64,000 nt of DNA, taken from Guillardia theta CCMP2712. Its lineage: Eukaryota > Protista > Cryptophyta. Location: the NCBI RefSeq assembly GCF_000315625.1, contig NW_005434618.1:15447-79446 (forward strand). Reading direction: 5' to 3'. The number at the start of each line of letters is the position of its first letter. Position 1 is the stretch's first letter. The notes below the pieces were generated by a model. It was not told the DNA's origin and did not search any database. It was given only the letters and a program-made list of their open reading frames with translations. Shown here one piece after another: positions 42,069-52,441 of the stretch. Both the position numbers and the translations under genes were made by a program.

Positions 42069-42650
42069 GCGATCCACCAATCTCCTGCATGTTGCCTTGT
42101 ACGGAGTTTTGCTGCTCAACGACCTCGTCGTACTGCTGTCTCCCCATGTCGTTCCATGCATGCTGGCTACTTCTCCTGCTCTTCCTCGTCCTTCCTCACT
42201 TGCTCCTTCCTCCCTCCTCCCTCTTCCTCCTCTTCCTCCTCTTCCTCCCTCGTGACTGCTGAACATGCGCCTTGTATGCATGCCTCCCTGTCTCTTGTTT
42301 GGGTCGCCGTTACTCTTATAACCGACCAACAAACTGCCCCTTATATCTGGCCGGGCCCCCGGTCGGGGCGGCGGCCGGGCCTCCGGGTCACCGTTGGCAC
42401 TGACACAGGCTGCGGCCAGACTCAGAGCACTGACTACTGCGGCAGCAGTGACTACTTACATCGTGAACTTCGGAACTGGAAGGCTGAACTTGCAATCCGC
42501 GGCCGGGGTGGGAGAGGGGGCGCCGGGCCGCCCGGTGGACCGTTTCAGGGCCTGCCATTTCCGGGAGTGCGGTCAGTGACTCATCCCGGCCGGGTCCGGA
42601 GCCGGCTGAGTCAGCGGCTGAGTCACCAGCTGAGTCACCCGGGAGTCCGA

Positions 42651-42815
42651 TCCGGACTCACCGTGACAGGGCAGTTTCTCACCGCTGACGGTGCCCCTTT
42701 CGTGTAGGATGAATGCGGTAACTCACCGTGACAGGGCAGTTTCTCCGGACTCACCGTGACAGGGCAGTTTCTCACCGCTGACGGTGCCCCTTTCGTGTAG
42801 GATGAAAAGCGGTAA
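42651..42815. repeat. Nested direct duplication: 63-bp unit x2 (42651-42713, 42744-42806) plus a third 25-bp partial copy (42721-42745)
   Basis: Directly visible in the divergent promoter region between ABC1K and the methyltransferase. Confidence 0.9.
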
Positions 42816-42959
42816 TCAGTAATCCTGGAATTTCATATACCGGTGCAGCCCCCTGAATCCCAATATTGGCATCATCCGCGGATCCCCACAACCTCGAACG
42901 TGCCGGCCCCCATTCTTGAGTGCCCGACAGCGTTGAGGAAGAGAAAGAGAGGAAGAGGG

Positions 42960-44757
42960 ATGGGGGCGAGCGATCATGCTGGAGAAACATGGCGGGGGAG
43001 AAGAGGAGGTCCTGTTCTTCGTCACCTGCAGCTGTTCTTCTTGCAGAGTCTGTTAACATCAGCAGGGTGTCGAGTCTCTTGCTTCCAAAGTCCCCCATTG
43101 TTCCCCCCTCCTCTCAAGCCCTCCTCTGCTCCCCTTCAGCTCTCCTCTCCTCCTCTCCATCTCCCTTGTCATCCTTCTCGGTGCAGACGCCCAATCACAG
43201 CATGCCATGCTCAATTCCAGGGAGCGATCTCGCAGTTTCTGAACCGAGAGGAGCGGCAGTGGAGCGATGTTGTGTCGTATGCCGGGGAGTGGGATCAGGA
43301 CGAGCTCGAGAGCTTTCCTATGCGAGCATCCTGCATCAAACCATCGACAAAGATCGAGAACCTAAACATGTGAGAGTGTTATGCTCCTTGTGACATCTGT
43401 GGGAGCTCGTGTTGACTTTTTGTTGCTCCTTCGGCAGAACCTTACGGGTCAGGCTCCTCCGCTACATCTTCGACTCGCTGCCGGAGTTCGAGGAGGCAGT
43501 GGAGGCGTTTGACCGCGCGCATCTGCTGGAGCCCAAGGTCTGCCGGGTGAAGGAGATTATAGAGAGCATAGAGATGTACAAGTTCGTCCGAGACTTCTTG
43601 CTGTCTCTGCAGCACAGGAAGCACATCGACCGCGTCCTCGACGTCGCATGCGGCCATGGGCTCGTTGGCATCCTGCTGGCTCGCCGCTTTCCGTCCTTGC
43701 AGGTCACGTCGCTAGATCTCGTCGCTCGTCCCGCGTTCGACGTCTTCAGGGATGGATGGGACGCGAGCATGCGCGAGAGGGGCCAGAGGTCGCTGGGCAA
43801 CGTAGAGAAGCTGGAGGGGGACTTCCGAGACCACTTGGAGCTCGTGACGGAGACGACGCTGGTGCTGTCGGTGCATGGCTGCAACGAGGTAAACAACCTG
43901 GTCATCGAGACTGCCAGAAGTCGATCAGCAGCATGGGCGGCGCTGCCATGCTGCATACGGGACTCGCTCTTCCTCCCGTCCTCCAAGGTCCACCTGATGG
44001 ACGGGTGTGCAGCGAAGGCGTCCAAGTACTTCAGGGAGTTCCAGGGAGTGCGGCATGCTTTCTTCTGCGGCTGCATGATGGAAAAGTACGAGGCCGAGGT
44101 GAGTGATCATGAAGAAGATGATGATACAGATGACTCTCTTCCTCCTGCCTCTCCTTCTCCTCCTCCTCCTCCCCCTCCTCCTCCTCCTCCTCCTCCTCCT
44201 CCTCCTCCTCCTCCTCCTCCTTCTCCTCCTTCTCCTCCTCCTCCTCCTCCTCCTCGTCCTCTTCTGCTGCTGCTGCTACTGCCCCATTTCCTCCTCCTTT
44301 GTCACCCACCCTTTCTCCCTCCTTCACTCCTCACCATCTCCCTCTTCCGGCACCCTCTCTCCTCCTCCTCCCCTTCTCCCTCTCTTTCCCCCGTCCCTCC
44401 CTCCCTCCTCATTCTTTTCCTCCACTCCTCCTGCAATGCATCCGCGTGAAACATCCTTGTTGCCTTGATTGTGCTCCTTGTGTTCTTACCCAGCGGTTGT
44501 CCATGTACGGAGGTCGTGCTCACAACTATCTTCAGATTCTTCGATCCATGGACTCTAGAATCACTGACAAGGGAATCTTCCTGGCGGGGGTATCATGTGG
44601 ATCAAGAGATGATAATGATGGTGATGGTGATGGTGATGGTGATGGTGATGGTGACGGTGATGGTGATAGTGATATTGGTAATGAGTTTGTGAGCCTGAAA
44701 GCTGCAAGGAGAGACGCGGGTGGCAGCGTCTTGTCCACAGTGATGACCGTCGCCTGA
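42960..44757 (+). CDS. Class I SAM-dependent methyltransferase (Methyltransf_32-like); multi-exon
   Basis: RVLDVACGHGLVGILLA (motif I), VTSLDL, LSVHGCNEV, AALPCC; last exon ILRSMDSRITDKGIFLAG. Start uncertain. Confidence 0.75.
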
Positions 44758-45235
44758 GGCCTTCACGACGGCAGGGCCGTTACATCAGTGTCTGTGGCCC
44801 GCTGAGCCTCCGGAGGGCCCTCCGTGGCAAGATGAAACTGGGAACGCCGTACACCGTAGAATGGAACATAAAGAGACTCGCAGCATGATCTAGTACCGTC
44901 CCGCCCGGCTTGGCCGCTCCCTGCCCAGCCTTCAAGAGTCACTGAGTGAATCGGGACTGTTACCGAGGCTCCGGCATCGGACTGAGTTACAGCTCTGAGT
45001 CACTGTCCGCCTCAGCCTCGCCGGGCATGTCACAGTGCCGCAAGCCCCGGGCCCCGGGCCCCGGGCGGCCCGCGGCAGTTGTCGGAAGTGTTGACAGCGC
45101 CGTGGACATCTGGACTGAGAAATTCAAGATCTTCAGGCTAAAAAAAAGGGTCAAACGAGCGAACGTTTTTTTATTCCTCATATTCCACATTCGAGTCGAG
45201 AGCAGCTGAGCTGAGGAGGGACGAGGAGGACGAGG

Positions 45236-47212
45236 ATGAGGAGAATCCGCTTCTTCCTTCTCCTCTCCTCTGCTCTCCTCCTCCTGTCGATACCTGCTGC
45301 TGCCTCCCCGACGCACCTTGCCGATGAGCTCAGATGTCAAGTGACCGGTGATGAAGGAGGCAGCGAGGGTGGCGGTTCCTACGATGAGACGCTCTCTACC
45401 CAACTGTCTCAACACGAGGACCATGGGAAAAGGCAGGAGGAGGCAAGGCCATGGGCCGTGCCAGGAGGCAGGGAGGAGCAGGAGGAGCAGGAGGAGGGTG
45501 CGCTGTTCTTCTGGGATGTACATGACGGGCATGCGGTCCATCCTTGGAGGTTTCACTTGTCGCATCCCTGGCTGAGGGCGAACAGAGGAGCCTGTCTCAT
45601 CTTCACTGTAAACCTGATCCTCGACGAGTTGATCCCTGCGGCCTACAAGAGCGATACCTGCGCAGACAACAACATGTCGGCTCCCTTCCTCTTCACGGCT
45701 GACTGCGGGAACTACTCGGGGGTCCTCGAGATGCGAGTGGAGAGCACGGGGGAGCTGCTGCTGCGCTCAGACGTCTACCAGGTCCTCGTGCTTGACGGCT
45801 CCTGTAGGCCATGCAGCCCCGTACTCCGCATCCAGCAAGGGTCTCTGGCGCCGTTTGTGTACACGGGGACGGAGAACAGCCTGCTGTCGCTGGAGGTGTC
45901 ATGGCCGTACGGAGGCAACTGCACGAGCTGGGACGAGAGGGCGAGAGGCTACGTGGTGAGGGTGTACGTTGAGGGAGAGGAGGTGGGTTCAGCGGCGCTA
46001 CGGCGAGACGAGGTGTTGAAAAAGGCGTGTGTGTCAGTGACGATGCCGGGAGAGCTGGAGGGAGGTCAGGAGGTGACGGTGGAGCTGGAGGATGCGAGCT
46101 CGGCGGTGCTGGCGAGGACAGAGGAGACGGTGATCTTCCATCGGAGCGAGGTGAGGAGGGAGCAGGGAGGATGCGGGGAGAGCGAGCGTGTGCTGTCTAT
46201 CTCGTTCTTTGACGGGCGTGTGGGGAACGCGTTTGTTACGCTGGCGATCGCTCATGATGTGGCGCTCAAGTACAACGCGACGTCGATCCGCCTGCCGGAG
46301 CATCGGAGGTACACTCGCGACTATGACTGCGGAGTCGTGCAAGAGAACCAGATGGTGACGATGCTGGAGGCGCTGGGAGGATGCATACGTGTGGAGGGGC
46401 AGGGGGGTGGGAGCGGGGGAGGGGAGGGGTGGGTGAGAGACTGCACGAGCCTCGTAGACTGTCATGCTCACCGCAACGGGCTGGACCAGGCGATTGAGCT
46501 GGACCGAGGAGCGACGTTGCGGTTCTTCCGGAGGGAGGTGTCGAGGGTCCTGATCCACTTCGACACTTCAGCGAGAGGAGACGATCTTTGCGTCCACCTG
46601 AGGTCAGGCGACGTGTTTGGGCGAGCATCTTCGCCACATCTGATCGGGAAGGGGCAGTGGCAGCCGCCGCTGGCGTTCTACGTCGCAGCCATCGCGGTGC
46701 ACCGGAAGCTGTATCCTCAGTCCCGGGTCGTGCTGGTGTCGCAGCCGTCGTCAGAGCTTCTCAACCCGAGCATCAAGGTGATCCAGGAGCTGTTTGCGAG
46801 GGTAGAGCTTCAGACGAGGTCGGCCATGCAGGACCTGTACGAGCTGGTGCAGGCGAGGCACCTGGTGCTGTCTCGCTCGACGTTCTCATGGACTGCAACC
46901 TTCTTCTCTGAGTCCCTCCGGAGCCTGGTGTCTCCCCAGCTGGTGCTGGCCCGGTGGGCTGAGGCCCCTTATGACCTGGTGGAGTACAGCTTCCCGGGGT
47001 ACCAGGCCTTGCTGGAGAAGTACGCGGGGTCTGGGAACTGGAGGAGGACGCCGGAGGTGCCCGTGCACGGGCTAGAGCCGAACATGAAGGAGCAGATGAT
47101 GGTGTATGCTCCTCAGAGGCTGCGGTGCGAGGAGGTAGTGCGGGTGGAGGGAGCGACTCGATGCCTGGAGGAGGGGGAGGCAGAGGAGATCGTGGAGGCA
47201 CTAGGGATGTGA
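45236..47212 (+). CDS. Secretory-pathway glycosyltransferase, GT11 (alpha-1,2-fucosyltransferase)-like C-terminal domain; copy A
   Basis: Signal peptide; GRVGNAF, CVHLRSGDV, QPPLAFYVAAI and DLYELVQARHLVLSRSTFSW motifs; intronless. Confidence 0.7.
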   Translation: MRRIRFFLLLSSALLLLSIPAAASPTHLADELRCQVTGDEGGSEGGGSYDETLSTQLSQHEDHGKRQEEARPWAVPGGREEQEEQEEGALFFWDVHDGHAVHPWRFHLSHPWLRANRGACLIFTVNLILDELIPAAYKSDTCADNNMSAPFLFTADCGNYSGVLEMRVESTGELLLRSDVYQVLVLDGSCRPCSPVLRIQQGSLAPFVYTGTENSLLSLEVSWPYGGNCTSWDERARGYVVRVYVEGEEVGSAALRRDEVLKKACVSVTMPGELEGGQEVTVELEDASSAVLARTEETVIFHRSEVRREQGGCGESERVLSISFFDGRVGNAFVTLAIAHDVALKYNATSIRLPEHRRYTRDYDCGVVQENQMVTMLEALGGCIRVEGQGGGSGGGEGWVRDCTSLVDCHAHRNGLDQAIELDRGATLRFFRREVSRVLIHFDTSARGDDLCVHLRSGDVFGRASSPHLIGKGQWQPPLAFYVAAIAVHRKLYPQSRVVLVSQPSSELLNPSIKVIQELFARVELQTRSAMQDLYELVQARHLVLSRSTFSWTATFFSESLRSLVSPQLVLARWAEAPYDLVEYSFPGYQALLEKYAGSGNWRRTPEVPVHGLEPNMKEQMMVYAPQRLRCEEVVRVEGATRCLEEGEAEEIVEALGM

Positions 47213-49270
47213 GAGGGAGTCTGAAAGGGTCCAAGACAAAGCTCTTCGAAGCATGTTCGAGAGATCTTCAATCTCTCCAGGATGAACGCTGGTTCAAGAC
47301 TGAGAGGAGATAGTGTCTCAGTAAGCATCCGGGTATCTTGATAGATTTCATAACAACATACATTCGATTTGACCAATCAACAAACATGTCGTCCTCCCTC
47401 TCACATCCCTAGTGCCTCCACGATCTCCTCTGCCTCCCCCTCCTCCAGGCATCGAGTCGCTCCCTCCACCCGCACTACCTCCTCGCACTGCAGCCTCTGA
47501 GGAGCATACACCATCATCTGCTCCTTCACGTTCGGCTCTAGCCCGTGCACGGGCACCTCCGGCGTCCTCCTCCAGTTCCCAGACCCCGCGTACTTCTCCA
47601 GCAAGGCCTGGTACCCCGGGAAGCTGTACTCCACCAGGTCATAAGGGGCCTCAGCCCACCGGGCCAGCACCAGCTGGGGAGACACCAGGCTCCGGAGGGA
47701 CTCAGAGAAGAAGGTTGCAGTCCATGAGAACGTCGAGCGAGACAGCACCAGGTGCCTCGCCTGCACCAGCTCGTACAGGTCCTGCATGGCCGACCTCGTC
47801 TGAAGCTCTACCCTCGCAAACAGCTCCTGGATCACCCTGATGCTCGGGTTGAGAAGCTCTGACGACGGCTGCGACACCAGCACGACCCGGGACTGAGGAT
47901 ACAGCTTCCGGTGCACCGCGATGGCTGCGACGTAGAACGCCAGCGGCGGCTGCCACTGCCCCTTCCCGATGTGATGAGACATTGATACTCGCTCGAGCAC
48001 GTCGCCTGACCTCAGGTGGACGCAAAGATCGTCTCCTCTCGCTGAAGTGTCGAAGTGGATCAGGACCCTCGACACCTCCCTCCGGAAGAACCGCAACGTC
48101 GCTCCTCGGTCCAGCTCAATCGCCTGGTCCAGCCCGTTGCGGTGAGCATGACAGTCTACGAGGCTCGTGCAGTCTCTCACCCACCCCTCCCCTCCCCCGC
48201 TCCCACCCCCCTGCCCCTCCACACGTATGCATCCTCCCAGCGCCTCCAGCATCGTCACCATCTGGTTCTCTCGCAGAAGTCTACAGTCATAGTCGCGAGT
48301 GTACCTCCGATGCTCCGGCAGGCGGATCGACGTCGCGTTGTACTTGAGCGCCACATCATGAGCGATCGCCAGCGTAACAAACGCGTTCCCCACACGCCCG
48401 TCAAAGAACGAGATAGACAGCACACGCTCGCTCTCCCCGCATCCTCCCTGCTCCCTCCTCACCTCGCTCCGATGGAAGATCACCGTCTCCTCTGTCCTCG
48501 CCAGCACCGCCGAGCTCGCATCCTCCAGCTCCACCGTCACCTCCTGACCTCCCTCCAGCTCTCCCGGCATCGTCACTGACACACACGCCTTTTTCAACAC
48601 CTCGTCTCGCCGTAGCGCCGCTGAACCCACCTCCTCTCCCTCAACGTACACCCTCACCACGTAGCCTCTCGCCCTCTCGTCCCAGCTCGTGCAGTTGCCT
48701 CCGTACGGCCATGACACCTCCAGCGACAGCAGGCTGTCCTCCGTCCCCGTGTACACAAACGGCGCCAGAGACCCTTGCTGGATGCGGAGTACGGGGCTGC
48801 ATGGCCTACAGGAGCCGTCAAGCACGAGGACCTGGTAGACGTCTGAGCGCAGCAGCAGCTCCCCCGTGCTCTCCACTCGCATCTCGAGGACCCCCGAGTA
48901 GTTCCCGCAGCCAACCTCGAGTAGGAAGGGAGCCGACATGTTGTTGTCTGCGCAGGTGTTGGACCTGTAGACCGCAGACATGGCGTCGTCAAGGATCAGG
49001 TTTACAGTGAAGATAAGACAGGCTCCTCTGTTCGCCCTCAGCCAGGCATGCGACAAGTGAAACCTCCAAGGATGGACCGCATGCCCGTCATGCACATCCC
49101 AGAAGAACAGCGCACCCTCCTCCTGCTCCTCCTGCTCCTCCTGCTCCTCCCTGCCTCCTGGCACGGCCCATGGCCTTGCCTCCTCCTTACCTGTCACCTC
49201 ACATCTGAGCTCATCGGCAAGGTGCGACGGAGAGGCAGCAGCAGGTATCGACAGGAGGAGGAGAGCAGAG
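45268..49270. repeat. Large inverted repeat; arms ~45268-47219 and 47394-~49270, 174-bp spacer
   Basis: Arms are reverse complements, ending 7 bp past each stop codon. Confidence 0.95.
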
Positions 49271-49320
49271 CAGGTGAAGCAGAAGAACCTCCTAGATGCT
49301 CTTCTTCTCATCCTCTTCAT
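47401..49320 (-). CDS. GT11-like glycosyltransferase; copy B, near-identical inverted paralogue
   Basis: Same motifs, protein almost identical to copy A; likely ATG 49320. Confidence 0.7.
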   Translation of the reverse strand: MKRMRRRASRRFFCFTCSALLLLSIPAAASPSHLADELRCEVTGKEEARPWAVPGGREEQEEQEEQEEGALFFWDVHDGHAVHPWRFHLSHAWLRANRGACLIFTVNLILDDAMSAVYRSNTCADNNMSAPFLLEVGCGNYSGVLEMRVESTGELLLRSDVYQVLVLDGSCRPCSPVLRIQQGSLAPFVYTGTEDSLLSLEVSWPYGGNCTSWDERARGYVVRVYVEGEEVGSAALRRDEVLKKACVSVTMPGELEGGQEVTVELEDASSAVLARTEETVIFHRSEVRREQGGCGESERVLSISFFDGRVGNAFVTLAIAHDVALKYNATSIRLPEHRRYTRDYDCRLLRENQMVTMLEALGGCIRVEGQGGGSGGGEGWVRDCTSLVDCHAHRNGLDQAIELDRGATLRFFRREVSRVLIHFDTSARGDDLCVHLRSGDVLERVSMSHHIGKGQWQPPLAFYVAAIAVHRKLYPQSRVVLVSQPSSELLNPSIRVIQELFARVELQTRSAMQDLYELVQARHLVLSRSTFSWTATFFSESLRSLVSPQLVLARWAEAPYDLVEYSFPGYQALLEKYAGSGNWRRTPEVPVHGLEPNVKEQMMVYAPQRLQCEEVVRVEGATRCLEEGEAEEIVEALGM

Positions 49321-49437
49321 CTTCGCACTTTCATCATGGTGCTTGTAGGATCTTATCCTCGTACTGATTTTTAACTTAACCTGCCATGAGCTGGTCACTT
49401 TTTTGTTAACTTCAAATCAGTTTTTATGGCTCGGCAC

Positions 49438-50650
49438 AATCGTCGGCGGTAAGAGGCGATGGTGCAGCATTCCAAAGGGCTCCTCACGGGAAGGGATCAA
49501 CAGAATGCTGGAAGATTGGCAGGACTACAAGAAGGGTTTTGTGGTCCTGGACGGGTACTTGAGGCATGAGTCACATCACCGTGACTTCTTGGACGCATGT
49601 AGGAAATGGCTGCTAGCTGATCGAGAGAATCGACGGGTTGTAGTAGCGACATCGATGTCTCCTCGAGGAAAGATAAACGATGAAGCTGACAATCGGGTGA
49701 ATCTCCAACAACACACCGTTGTATCTTGGACGGAGAGTGAGTACCTGGAAGCAGTGGAATGGGACGTTTTCTATCAGCGTGTAGCATGCATGCTGGAGGA
49801 GGATGAAAGTGCGGGGAGCATTGGCTTGAAGACATGGAAGAGGAACAGGTCTAGACGAGAGAAGATCAAGCTGAAATACTACCTGGCTGGCGGCTCATGT
49901 CGGTACATGTTCGAGACGCCCGCATCATTGGTGAAACCGAGGCTGGATACGGCTTTGAGGTTGTGTTCAAACCTAGAAATCATCTTCAGTGGCAACATGG
50001 GCGACTCATCACCGCAGACTGTAAACCACTTGATTGCGTGCTTCGAGTACAACGGGGAATCGAACTGGATGCCTGTCAGCAAGTATGTCGCGACGAAGCT
50101 TGCAGAAGCGGTAGAACTAGACACGTTGACGAGGCTGTTCTCAAAGTACGGGGTACGCAATCCGACTACAAGGGGCTTGCTTTTCGAGCTTTTCTTTTTC
50201 AAGAAGGTGCAGTACGGGCTGAGCCTTAGGTATCGGGGATCACAAGAGCTCACGCAATGGGAGGGATGTCCAGTCATAACCTTTGATGCAAAGGGAGGCA
50301 TGCGAACGCTTCCTGCAGAGAGAGCTTGCTTGAAGCCCGTCAACCCCCTTCAAGGAGGCTACGACGCTATCATAGTAGAGCCTCGTCGGAAGCAAGTAGA
50401 GTTTGTGCAGGTGACAGAGGCAGACGTCCACTCTTTCAAGCTGGCTTTCTTCGCAAAGGCTCTCACGGGGCTAGGCATCCCAGCAGCTGGATGGGAGGTG
50501 AGGGTGGTGTTCATGGTGCTGCCAGAAAGGCTCGAGGACTTTCGGATAGGCAAAATCACGGGCTGCGGTGCGCTGGAGGAGTACGGATGGAAGCGAGGGC
50601 ACGAAGGGAGGAAGGCAGAGATAGCGAGTATTGATATCGGAGGCGTGTAG
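49438..50650 (+). pseudogene. Crinkler/RHS-like effector, C-terminal half (distal NTPase + PD-(D/E)xK REase-like nuclease); 5'-truncated, frame open
   Basis: FVVLDG (Walker B-like), KYYLAGGSCRYMF, RGLLFELFFF, LKPVNPLQGGYDAI, FVQVT..HSFKL. The Walker A is absent here and sits in the downstream half. Confidence 0.7.
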
Positions 50651-51150
50651 CAGGCGAGGCAAAGATCCGACAAGAAGCGGCGGCTGGTCGCAAAGGGGCT
50701 GGGAAGATGATCAGCCTGATATCTGCAAGATGAGATCGACAGGCAGATGTAGTGTGTAGAGGTTGAAAGACAACTTACTTGATCACTTTCATGTTGTACT
50801 TGATCAAAAGTGTCACCATGGAGGTGCAATACAAGCACTTGTGCTTTTGCTGATGGTTCCTCTTACTTGATTTCGAAGTCTTTCCATCTCCATGTGCAAC
50901 TGGAAGTCATCATGATGCAATTTCACCTGATCTCCTTGTACAAACAAGGAGAAGTAATGAAGAGAACATGTTTTTCTTGAAGCTTTCTGCTGTGTGCAAA
51001 AAGGTTGCCTAGAACTATTTACCTGTCTCATTCCTCAGAAAAGGGGATTGTGTGTGTGAGGGCTCAGTTTCAAATACTTGGCAGCAACCTGAAGCAACCT
51101 GTTACTCGGTTGCTTGCCCATAATTTTGAAGGAGATGTAGCAGCTTCAAA

Positions 51151-51550
51151 ACCAGTCCATCATCTTCAAAACCAGTCCATCATCTTCAAAACCAGTCCAT
51201 CATCTTCAAAACCAGTCCATCATCTTCAAAACCAGTCCATCATCTTCAACACCAGTCCATCATCTTCAACACCAGTCCATCATCTTCAAAACCAGTCCAT
51301 CATCTTCAACACCAGTCCATCATCTTCAACACCAGTCCATCATCTTCAAAACCAGTCCATCATCTTCAAAACCAGTCCATCATCTTCAAAACCAGTCCAT
51401 CATCTTCAACACCAGTCCATCATCTTCAACACCAGTCCATCATCTTCAAAACCAGTCCATCATCTTCAAAACCAGTCCATCATCTTCAAAACCAGTCCAT
51501 CATCTTCAAAACCAGTCCATCATCTTCACAACTAGTCCATCATCTTGAAA
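51151..51550. repeat. 20-bp minisatellite (ACCAGTCCATCATCTTCAAM) x20
   Basis: Directly visible. Units differ almost only at the last base (A/C); no spacers. Confidence 0.97.
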
Positions 51551-52441
51551 ACCGCTGCATCGGATTTGCTGCATTCTCATGGTGTCTGGTGCATCCTGGC
51601 ACAGTGTTCCTTGAGATGGCGTGAGCAACTACAGGAGGGGAAGATTGACGACCACAACGTTGCATGTCATCATCGAACACTGCAACAATCTGTCTTCATC
51701 TGCCCCTCAAGATCAGATGCGGGGCTAAACAGTGCACAGTGAGATCATGTAGCTTACAGGTTACATGGGTCTCCTCCTTGCATCATATCAGAACTGAGAG
51801 CGACTTATGAATGTTGGCTGCACCCCGTCGCCATCACAACCCACCATGTCTGAAGTCCAGCAACAAGCGGCTCATGCACATGCCATGATCTTGTCAGCGA
51901 TGAAAGTCATCAACGATGACGCATGAGGGACGTGAACAGTAAAAGTATCAAGCTCATCAGCTTGCAAGGTGGCCTAGCTCGACTGGTAAGGATCTGTAAG
52001 CTGTCTTGTTACACGTTCTGATCATGCGGACATTCGTCTCTCATCTCCTTGTAACATACATGTTGCTACCCAGCTCCAAGTCCACAACCTCCATCGACCC
52101 TCGCGGCGCGCCATTCCCTTGGGTGTTCTCAGTACCCCCTCTGACGACCCCCTAGCGAGTACCGTATATCCCTTTGTGCTGGGCGCGGCAGAGCAGGTCG
52201 GCAAGGCGGACAAGGACCCGCTTGCTGAGGTCAAGATGCGCAGCCCGCAGAGAGAAGCACGGGGGAGAGGGGCGAGGGCTATGGGCAGGGCTGGTGGCTT
52301 GACATGCTTGAGCTCCATCATCATCTCGAGCGCGGTGGTGAGGAGCGACCTGAGGGTTGGAGGGAAGGTTTTTCTGAGATGTGCTTGTAACAGGGAGCGT
52401 CATGTCCATGTCCTGGGCGTTGTGTTGACTACAATCTGAGG

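Noticed and set aside
51151-51550. CRISPR-like array, or the 176-aa repeat ORF 51005-51535
   Set aside because: Head-to-tail units with no spacers, no cas genes and a eukaryotic context. The ORF stays open only because the unit lacks stops.
50700-52420. Additional genes inside the permuted unit
   Set aside because: Only short or interrupted frames with no recognisable motifs; cannot be supported without a search.
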